This document shows, in pieces, positions 25,991-32,403 of a stretch of 32,403 nt of DNA. Origin of the DNA: Candidatus Hermodarchaeota archaeon (GTDB lineage Archaea; Asgardarchaeota; Thorarchaeia; Thorarchaeales; Thorarchaeaceae); the NCBI GenBank assembly GCA_048885865.1, contig JBHLLF010000029.1, positions 1-32,403 on the forward strand, read 5' to 3'. Within the stretch, counting starts at the first letter, position 1, and every line of letters starts with the position of its first letter. The position numbers and the translations under genes are program-made. The notes below the pieces were generated by a model that saw only the letters and a program-made list of their open reading frames with translations, ran no database searches and was not told the origin of the DNA.

Positions 25991-28648
25991 CTAGACCAGC
26001 GGTTCATATCCCGCATAACCCTCTGTGTCGACCTCCGTCTTGGCTTTCCCAAGAATTAGATTCACACTCTCCAGGGCACCGAGCTTAAAGAGAGGTCGGT
26101 TGTTATTCCCGCACTGATAGGAATAGGTGCAGAGAGGGCATCCATCAATTGCTTTGCAGTCGCATTTATCCAGTATTGTCCTAGTACGGTTGAATGCCTC
26201 ATTCAGCCGAGTGAATAGGAGCTTTGATGCACCATTTCCTCCAGGACTTCCATCATAGACGAATATGATACCAGAATCACCCATAGATACTCCGCCAATC
26301 TCTCTTGTGCTTCCTCCTGTGAGCATATCACTAGACTCAATCACCACATGTTCCAGTGCATGGAAAGATCCGCCATAGAGTTCAGCGGGACCCATCCTTA
26401 TTCCTTTCGCACCGGGAATCTTGCCCTCCAGATACTCATTGACCATCTTCACAGGTTCAGGCGCTCCGAACGCAAATCCTCTGGTCATATATTTGTATAT
26501 GAGTGGGGTGGCAAGATCGGCTCTCCCAACAACCTTTCCGGACCTGGTTTCCTTTTTCACATATCCATAGACCGTCTGAGTCATTTCGAGTTTGCAGTAG
26601 ATGATATTCATTCCGAGAATCTTCTTGGTTTCTACAATATCCAGAATCTTGGGCATTGTAGAGTAGAGCGGCTTCGTGTGAACACTTCGGTCTGCAAAGG
26701 GGACGACCGTAGCTCTTCCAAATCCTGGAGTATGCTTGAAGTCAACTGACATGTAGTTGCGACCACCGTGCAGATATATTGCTCCGGGGTGCAGTTCCTG
26801 TGCAGCCATTGGCATTGATCTCTCGCCCAGAGTCTTTCTATCCGACTTAATCTGAACAGTATCACCAATGCCGCGAATGCTATAGCCTCTCCATTTCTTC
26901 TGAGCGGACTCAAAATCAGCAATACGAACTTCGCCGCTATCCTCAATCTTCACGAGACCCTCCGCGACCAAGGTGTCAAAGATTTTCTTCTGGCGGGGGA
27001 ACATCGAGAGATTCAGCTTGCCGCTCATAGCCGCAGCGATGAGTTGGTAAAAGCCAACCACTTCATTCTCAGGCTCCATATAGGCGGCATCAATATCTGT
27101 GAAGTATTTCTCGGGTTCATGCCGATAGAAGGATGAGATTGGATCATTCTCTCTAAGGGCAAGGACTGCCACACTCTCTTGTCCCTTTCTGCCGGCGCGT
27201 CCAATTCTCTGAGTCAGACGTGTTATTGACACGATCATACTTACAACACTATCTAGGTCTCCTATGTCTATCCCCAGCTCGAGAGTTGGTGTTGAAACCA
27301 AGCAATGTAGGTCACCTGACTTGAACTGAGATTCGACTTGGCTGCGGTATTTCTTCGTAAGGCCTGCCCTATGGACCATTGACCGTACTCCAATATCTCT
27401 GATGAGCATGTTTAGGACTTCTGCCTCTGAGTGAGTGTTCCCGAATACTAGAGTCTTGAAGCCACCCTCCTGTAGTCTTCTCACGATGTCTACAATCATG
27501 CTGTATTTGCTACGATTACCCGGGTAGAACATCATGAAGTGAATTGGGCCGCGTTTCGCGCTCACAGACTCAATTAGGCGTACTTCGTTGTCGAATAGCT
27601 GGTCAGCAAACTCCTTAGGATTAGAGATCGTTGCTGATGCTCCAATCTTTTGGAACTCACCAGCTTCTAGCTCAAGGCGCTTGAGGATGTAGTAGACATT
27701 GGCTCCCATGGACCCCGTGTATAGGTGGATCTCGTCTAGGACCACATATTTCACTGTGTGTAGTAGCGGAACCAAACGTGAGCCAGCCCATCCAAGATGA
27801 TAGTGAAGAACGTCAGGATTTGTGAGAAGGATATCAGGGGGAGATGAGTAGAGCTTGCTTCTTTGATTCTGGGACACATCACCATCAAAGATGCCCACGG
27901 TAACTCCAGAGGCCTTGCACATCTCGACAATCTTATCATACTGATCACGAGCTAGAGCCTTGGTTGGATAGATCAGTAACGCTCTAATTCCTCTGTCCAT
28001 AAAAGAGTCCTTGATCGTTATCAACAGTTTCCGAATAATAGGCAGAATGAAGGCCTCTGTCTTACCCTGTGCTGTTGGCGCTGCGATGACAACGTCCTCT
28101 CCAGCAAAGATGGCCTCGTAGGCTTCATCCTGAAATCTGTACAGTTGTGTTATTGCCTTCTTGGCAAGTAGCTCTCTCAATCTTGTTGGTATCTTTGTGG
28201 CTTCAAGGTCCCTGCCATACTCGGCATCAGAGGACTGCATGAACTGGTACTTCACTAGGTAATCTTGACCGCCCCCAAGAATTGATTGTACAGAATCGCC
28301 AATCAGATTCAGTTGACTTCCGCCTTCTTCCACCAATCGCTTAATCTCTTCTTCAGATTGAACCCGCATTCCTCTTGCACGTCTGGCCCTAGTCAGACCT
28401 GCAGACGAGTCTGCTGTAGAAGAAACTCTTGACCGCTTTCTCGACTTGGCCCTAGAAGTTGGTTGGATTGTGCCATCCTTCAAGGCTTGAGAATAGGCAT
28501 CATAAGCATCAAAGAGGTCCTTTTTCTGGCCATCCTCCAGAATCTCCACCTGACATGTAGAACATCTCACAGTCCATATGTGGCCGCCCTTCTTGATGTA
28601 GAGCTTTGAGCCACATTTTGGACAGTGAAGTACAGGCAAGATAAACAC
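25991..28648 (-). CDS. DEAH-box SF2 helicase with DUF1998 zinc domain (Hrq1/SftH/MrfA family) and an N-terminal zinc ribbon
   Basis: APTAQGKT, YPTKALARDQ, TNPD, DEIH, SAT, STPTLELGIDIG, QRIGRAGR, HPGAIYLH.G, HALEH, YDG.PGG.G, C.C...GCP.C.....C. Start may be the TTG at 28639. Confidence 0.93.
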   Translation of the reverse strand: MFILPVLHCPKCGSKLYIKKGGHIWTVRCSTCQVEILEDGQKKDLFDAYDAYSQALKDGTIQPTSRAKSRKRSRVSSTADSSAGLTRARRARGMRVQSEEEIKRLVEEGGSQLNLIGDSVQSILGGGQDYLVKYQFMQSSDAEYGRDLEATKIPTRLRELLAKKAITQLYRFQDEAYEAIFAGEDVVIAAPTAQGKTEAFILPIIRKLLITIKDSFMDRGIRALLIYPTKALARDQYDKIVEMCKASGVTVGIFDGDVSQNQRSKLYSSPPDILLTNPDVLHYHLGWAGSRLVPLLHTVKYVVLDEIHLYTGSMGANVYYILKRLELEAGEFQKIGASATISNPKEFADQLFDNEVRLIESVSAKRGPIHFMMFYPGNRSKYSMIVDIVRRLQEGGFKTLVFGNTHSEAEVLNMLIRDIGVRSMVHRAGLTKKYRSQVESQFKSGDLHCLVSTPTLELGIDIGDLDSVVSMIVSITRLTQRIGRAGRKGQESVAVLALRENDPISSFYRHEPEKYFTDIDAAYMEPENEVVGFYQLIAAAMSGKLNLSMFPRQKKIFDTLVAEGLVKIEDSGEVRIADFESAQKKWRGYSIRGIGDTVQIKSDRKTLGERSMPMAAQELHPGAIYLHGGRNYMSVDFKHTPGFGRATVVPFADRSVHTKPLYSTMPKILDIVETKKILGMNIIYCKLEMTQTVYGYVKKETRSGKVVGRADLATPLIYKYMTRGFAFGAPEPVKMVNEYLEGKIPGAKGIRMGPAELYGGSFHALEHVVIESSDMLTGGSTREIGGVSMGDSGIIFVYDGSPGGNGASKLLFTRLNEAFNRTRTILDKCDCKAIDGCPLCTYSYQCGNNNRPLFKLGALESVNLILGKAKTEVDTEGYAGYEPLV

Positions 28649-28657
28649 CTTTCCTGC

Positions 28658-28701
28658 GACCTCCTTTAGCTGAACTTATCAAAGTTTGGCAGGAGGAGGT
28701 C
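28658..28701. promoter_or_regulatory. Imperfect inverted repeat in the divergent helicase/thioredoxin promoter region
   Basis: GACCTCCT(28658-65)/AGGAGGTC(28694-701) with inner GCTGAACTT/AAGTTTGGC; the centre reads TTTGATAAG on the minus strand. Confidence 0.45.
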
Positions 28702-28781
28702 TTTTGGACACACAACAAGACTTTTAACCGGTTGTTCACGAGCAACGCACAATCGCTCCGTTTGTGGGAGATGACAGTTAC

Positions 28782-29138
28782 ATGGTTGAAGAGATAACTC
28801 AAGACGAACTTGACAAGGTTGTGAACGACAACAAGGTCGTATTTCTAGACTGCCACGCAGTTTGGTGTGGTCCTTGCAGGACACTATCACCGATTCTTGA
28901 AGAGCTGGATGAGAAGTATTCGGGAAGAGGTTTCAAGGTTGTCAAGCTGGATGTGGATCAGAACAGAGAGTTCAGCATGACTAATCGTGTCACAGGCGTA
29001 CCAAGCGTGTTCGTCTACAGTGAGGGAAAGCGTGTTGTTTTTGATGATGGCGGAGGCAGGAAAGTCGATAGACTTGTAGGAGTCATGCCGCCCGAAGTAT
29101 ACACGCAGATTGTAGAAGAACTACTTGCTGAAGCATAA
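28782..29138 (+). CDS. trxA: Thioredoxin
   Basis: WCGPC active site, KLDVDQN, GVPS cis-Pro. ATG at 28782 preferred. Confidence 0.93.
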   Translation: MVEEITQDELDKVVNDNKVVFLDCHAVWCGPCRTLSPILEELDEKYSGRGFKVVKLDVDQNREFSMTNRVTGVPSVFVYSEGKRVVFDDGGGRKVDRLVGVMPPEVYTQIVEELLAEA

Positions 29139-29150
29139 GAAATCCACACT

Positions 29151-29197
29151 CCCGGTTGGACCCGATGGGATCTACCGGGCTACTTCTTCTATTTTTC
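29151..29197 (+). terminator. Hairpin plus pyrimidine tract between the two thioredoxin genes
   Basis: CCCGGT(29151-56)/ACCGGG(29174-79) with inner GGACCC/GGGATCT pairing, then CTTCTTCTATTTTTC. Confidence 0.55.
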
Positions 29198-29238
29198 TCA
29201 CACACATTCCAGAAAGTTCATAGGGACTTCGCTGACTG

Positions 29239-29628
29239 ATGGCATCGAGTGGAGAGATACTGTTGCTTCGTCAAGTAACCTTGGATGACGCTGAATACGC
29301 TATATGTGAATCTCGGCTTACATTCGTCGACTGTTGGGCACCATGGTGCGAACCCTGTAAGGCGCTTGTGCCCACATTGATTGAGGTTGATGAGAAGTAC
29401 AGTGATAATCCCGACATTTCATTCATCCAGATAAATGTCCAAGAGTTTCCAGAGTTTGGCGCGAAGCATGACATCTTTGGACTACCTTGCATATTGGTGT
29501 TTCTTGATGGAGAGCTTGTGGAATTCGATGACCCAAGTGGCCGCCTCAAGAAGAAGACGAATCGATTGATTGGCAAGAGGCCAGCCTGGCATTTTGAATC
29601 AGTAATCCATCAAATCCTCCCGCAATGA
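29239..29628 (+). CDS. Thioredoxin paralogue (WCEPC)
   Basis: DCWAPWCEPCK, INV, GLPC; shares the FDD..G insertion with the upstream copy. Confidence 0.9.
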   Translation: MASSGEILLLRQVTLDDAEYAICESRLTFVDCWAPWCEPCKALVPTLIEVDEKYSDNPDISFIQINVQEFPEFGAKHDIFGLPCILVFLDGELVEFDDPSGRLKKKTNRLIGKRPAWHFESVIHQILPQ

Positions 29629-29702
29629 ATCGAACAACCCAATGTCATGTGATGTTTTATATTCGTCTTATCACCACCCAGTCTAAAGTCCAGTCTGGAG
29701 AG

Positions 29703-30236
29703 GTGGAAACGCTGCCAATTCTTCCATTTGCCGATAAAAATCCGAAAATTGATGCTAATGCGTACGTTAGTGAACAGGCCACAATAGTTGGCGATGTTGA
29801 GATTGGTCCTGGAGCCAGCATATGGCCAGGAGCTGTGATAAGGGGCGATCAAGCTTCAGTGCGAATAGGAGCAAATACTTGTATTCAGGACAGTGTTGTT
29901 ATCCATGCACATACCGAAGAGAACCCGGCTATTATCGGGAATCTCAGCGTTATTGGCAGCGCCTCTGTAATTCATGGCGTATATATTGGAGATAGCGCAA
30001 ACATAGGTGATGGCTGCGTTATTTTCGATGGGGCAACATTAGGCGAGGGAATTAGACTTGCACCGGGGAGTATTGTTCCTGCAAACATAGTGATTCCTCC
30101 AAGGAGTCTGAATTCAGGCGTCCCGGCATCTCAGATACGGGAGCTCTCACGCGAAGAGGTGGAAAAGCAGTCCGAAAGAGCAGAAACAATCTCACAAGTC
30201 TTCAAGAAGTTGAAGAGATGGCAAGTCACACCGTGA
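29703..30236 (+). CDS. Gamma-carbonic-anhydrase-family (YrdA/CaiE/PaaY-like) hexapeptide-repeat protein
   Basis: VGDVEIG..ASIWPGAVIRGD, IQD.VVIH, IHG, G.PA; one Zn-ligand His replaced. Start likely GTG at 29703 or CTG at 29712. Confidence 0.88.
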   Translation: METLPILPFADKNPKIDANAYVSEQATIVGDVEIGPGASIWPGAVIRGDQASVRIGANTCIQDSVVIHAHTEENPAIIGNLSVIGSASVIHGVYIGDSANIGDGCVIFDGATLGEGIRLAPGSIVPANIVIPPRSLNSGVPASQIRELSREEVEKQSERAETISQVFKKLKRWQVTP

Positions 30237-30237
30237 A

Positions 30238-31365
30238 CTACATGGTCTCTCTAGAAATTGTCGACAGATTCTCATATCCATCAGACGTGATTAGAAACAT
30301 ATCACCAATTTTCGCGGCGCCCACCCCTTCGTGATAATATGTGGGATGGAGAGAGAGAACCATTCCCTCTCTTAGTGATGCCTTACTGAATGAAACCATG
30401 AGAGGAGGCTCTTGAAGATCGAGACCTATTGAATTGCCAAGAGGCTGCAGAAAACTGCCTATGGGAGTCTTCTTCCCCACTTTCTTGGCTACTCGTCCAT
30501 AGACATCTGAAACTCCAGCTCCAGCTGTCATTTTGTCTTCAGCAGCTTTGCAGGCTCGCAAAACCGCATCGTACGCTTTTTGCTGCGATTCCTTTGGAGA
30601 TCCAGTATGCAATGTTCTAGCAACTTCAGCAAAATACCCCGATTCGCTCACTGTAACGTCAATAACCACTGGCTCGTTCTTCCCAATCCTGTTGGCGGTC
30701 GGCTGTGCGAAAGGAAATCTTCCGCGGTTTCCAGATAACACTGCAGCTCTGATGCCTCGCAGTTGACCGCCAGCAGACCTCATTGCCGCCTCAATCTCAA
30801 TTGATGCATCAGCCTCTGTCTTGCCTGGGGCTATAATCTCAAGGGCGGTTCGAATTCCAATCTCAGCCACCTTGACTGCCTTGCGAATTGCCTCAATCTC
30901 TGCATCATCTTTGACCTGTCTTAGCCTCCAGAGGAGTGAGGAGAGGTCCTTGAAGCCAGCACCTGGAATCTTTGTCTTGAGGTATTCGAACTCTTTTACT
31001 GAGAGACGCTCTTGCTGTAGGCCTATCATGCCGTTCTCGATTCCGGAATCTTCGAGAATCTTGACTACCGAGTCCCAGAACTTGGCACTTCGATAGAGAC
31101 CCCACTCATCGAAGGGCTTGTCATCTATGGGGTGAACTTGAGCCATTATGGAATTTTGACCTAGTGCCTCATGCTGGAGGCTGGACATAACCAACTGAGG
31201 CTGCTCATTCATGATAATGACGCATCCGGTAGGAAGAGTATTGGTAGGACTCTCATACCCCGTTAGATAGCGAACGTCCTGCCTTCTTGTCACTACAAGA
31301 GCCTCTACATCTTCGCTCTTCATGGCTCGATGGACTCGCTCGATTCTCTGAGGGGTGAACTGCAT
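30238..31365 (-). CDS. M24 (Xaa-Pro aminopeptidase/creatinase) fold protein with degenerate metal ligands
   Basis: Creatinase N-domain (VRYLTGY), LRQVKDDAEIEAIR, VVID....GY.AE.ART, IGLD..E.P, LREGMV. Confidence 0.88.
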   Translation of the reverse strand: MQFTPQRIERVHRAMKSEDVEALVVTRRQDVRYLTGYESPTNTLPTGCVIIMNEQPQLVMSSLQHEALGQNSIMAQVHPIDDKPFDEWGLYRSAKFWDSVVKILEDSGIENGMIGLQQERLSVKEFEYLKTKIPGAGFKDLSSLLWRLRQVKDDAEIEAIRKAVKVAEIGIRTALEIIAPGKTEADASIEIEAAMRSAGGQLRGIRAAVLSGNRGRFPFAQPTANRIGKNEPVVIDVTVSESGYFAEVARTLHTGSPKESQQKAYDAVLRACKAAEDKMTAGAGVSDVYGRVAKKVGKKTPIGSFLQPLGNSIGLDLQEPPLMVSFSKASLREGMVLSLHPTYYHEGVGAAKIGDMFLITSDGYENLSTISRETM

Positions 31366-31475
31366 GCTACGCAACTCAATTACAACCACTGTCTTTTCAG
31401 AACAAGACTAGTATATTTGTCGAATTTCACGCTCATTTAAGCTTCACGCCGATGATGAATCTTTTGGAGAAATAA

Positions 31476-31553
31476 TGGCGGGACCGCCCGGATTTGAACC
31501 GGGGATTACCAACTCCGCAGGCTGGTGCCTTATCCATGCTAGACTACGGCCCC
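31476..31553 (-). tRNA. tRNA-Arg (anticodon GCG), intronless, CCA encoded
   Basis: Reverse complement folds as a cloverleaf: GGGGCCG/CGGTCCC acceptor stem, CCAGC-CTGCGGA-GTTGG anticodon arm, TTCAAAT T-loop, 3' GCCA. Confidence 0.97.
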
Positions 31554-31606
31554 GTTCACCGTGGGGCCTTGTTCAACTTATAGAGTCTTCGCTGGAGGCT
31601 TGGCGA

Positions 31607-31798
31607 TTACACATCGAATTTTCGAAGCATCTCGACACAAGCTCTGCCACGCCTCTTAGTGACTCGCATTATATGTTCAGATGTCTGAAGAATGAATGAC
31701 TCGCCCTCATCCAACGTCTCAAGTGTTTCTTTCCCCATTGGGCCATTCAGGTACTTCTCAAACCTCTTCCTTACTCTATCTTCAACAGTTTCAGACAT
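31607..31798 (-). CDS. Small hypothetical protein, YLNGPMG family, copy 2
   Basis: About 63 aa, strongly similar to the adjacent ORF; own SD-like GAGG and TTTAAG box. Confidence 0.8.
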   Translation of the reverse strand: MSETVEDRVRKRFEKYLNGPMGKETLETLDEGESFILQTSEHIMRVTKRRGRACVEMLRKFDV

Positions 31799-31856
31799 GT
31801 AACATAACCCTCGCATCACAATATGGCATTGTGATACTTAAACTGACTTCCAATGG

Positions 31857-32063
31857 TTATGCCAATTGAAATGAAAGCAATTCTACTACTGCCTTGCCTC
31901 TCCGCTTTGTCACTCTGAAAGTGTGCTCTGATGTCTGCAGAATGAAACTCTCACCTTCATCCAAAGTTTCCAAGACCGTTCGGCCCATTGGGCCATTGAG
32001 ATATCGCGTGAAGCGTTCAACCACCCTTTCGGGAGGAGAACGTGCGCCCTTCAAAATGCTCAT
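31857..32063 (-). CDS. Small hypothetical protein, YLNGPMG family, copy 1
   Basis: About 68 aa; shares YLNGPMG...LETLDEGESFILQTSEH..RVTKRRG.A.VE; SD GAGGT and TTTAAA box. Confidence 0.8.
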   Translation of the reverse strand: MSILKGARSPPERVVERFTRYLNGPMGRTVLETLDEGESFILQTSEHTFRVTKRRGKAVVELLSFQLA

Positions 32064-32141
32064 CGATTTCGACCTCGCATCAGACAAGTGTGCCTTAGCC
32101 GGGCATTTAAACTCCAATCGAATTCTATCAAGAAATAGTGA

Positions 32142-32219
32142 TGGCGGGACCGCCCGGATTCGAACCGGGGAAACCCAGCTCCGGAGGCTGGTGCCTTATC
32201 CATGCTAGACTACGGCCCC
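32142..32219 (-). tRNA. tRNA-Arg (anticodon CCG), intronless, CCA encoded
   Basis: Cloverleaf with CCAGC-CTCCGGA-GCTGG anticodon arm, TTCGAAT T-loop, 3' GCCA. Confidence 0.97.
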
Positions 32220-32268
32220 AAGACTCCTCATTGGTTGCTCTTTTTAGATTTGCTGCAAGGCATCAAGA

Positions 32269-32403
32269 TTATTCTCGAACAAGGTCAGGCTCGATGAGCC
32301 ACCATGCATCACGCTTCCCCTTTACTTCCCCCTTTTCATATCTGAGAATCCGAGCTCCAAGCACCGTTTTGGATCGATCGTTCAACTTCCGGATTCGTAC
32401 GTG
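32269..32403 (-). CDS. 3' fragment of a CDS entering from the right edge (...HVRIRKLNDRSKTVLGARILRYEKGEVKGKRDAWWLIEPDLVRE*)
   Basis: Open frame of 44 codons ending in TAA at 32269-71; basic helix plus beta-hairpin, possibly the end of a winged-helix domain. Confidence 0.55.
   Translation of the reverse strand, partial: HVRIRKLNDRSKTVLGARILRYEKGEVKGKRDAWWLIEPDLVRE

Noticed and set aside
31548-31568. GGCCCC upstream of tRNA-Arg(GCG), complementary to the tRNA 5' end
   Set aside because: TATA position (~31577-83) puts the likely start site downstream of it, and the arms are only 6 bp.
330-32208. Numerous antisense or nested ORFs in the track (e.g. 1436..1888, 3939..4499, 13928..14464, 23114..23605, 31475..31699, 31894..32208)
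   Set aside because: They are shadows of well-supported genes or tRNAs, with no motifs of their own.
31476-32219. tRNA direct repeat as attL/attR of an integrated element
   Set aside because: Both copies are full length with different anticodons, and no integrase lies between them.
1-32403. CRISPR arrays, transposases, integrases, inteins, frameshifted pseudogenes
   Set aside because: I saw no regularly spaced repeats, mobile-element motifs, intein-sized insertions or broken reading frames.

Overview
An archaeal chromosomal window, mostly core genes. An Asgard archaeon (Thorarchaeota-like) is my inference from the B1-type DNA polymerase, the archaeosine genes and several eukaryote-like domains. 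Recognisable content: an M20 peptidase, PolB1, PPC and HIT proteins, two tandem GT-C membrane glycosyltransferases, a complete nurA-herA-mre11-rad50 DNA-break resection operon, an Hrq1/SftH-type helicase followed by archaeosine synthase ArcS and RaSEA, two tandem thioredoxins, and two near-identical tRNA-Arg genes (GCG, CCG) that bracket two paralogous ~65-aa ORFs. I saw no transposase, integrase or CRISPR array. The leads most worth checking: (1) a cytosolic 596-aa protein whose N-terminal ~215 aa resemble the mu-homology domain of adaptin-mu/delta-COP, followed by Ig-like domains; (2) a cytosolic IFT52-like GIFT-domain protein with a coiled coil; (3) a ~120-nt structured RNA candidate with C/D-box-like ends in front of a small 4-TM gene; (4) a catalytically dead M24 peptidase with Spt16-NTD-like substitutions, plus other apparent pseudoenzymes; (5) a methanogenesis-marker-9-like Cys domain in a new architecture; (6) inverted repeats centred on the TATA-like boxes of two DNA-repair operons. 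All family assignments come from motifs read by eye and from recalled reference sequences. No database searches were run.
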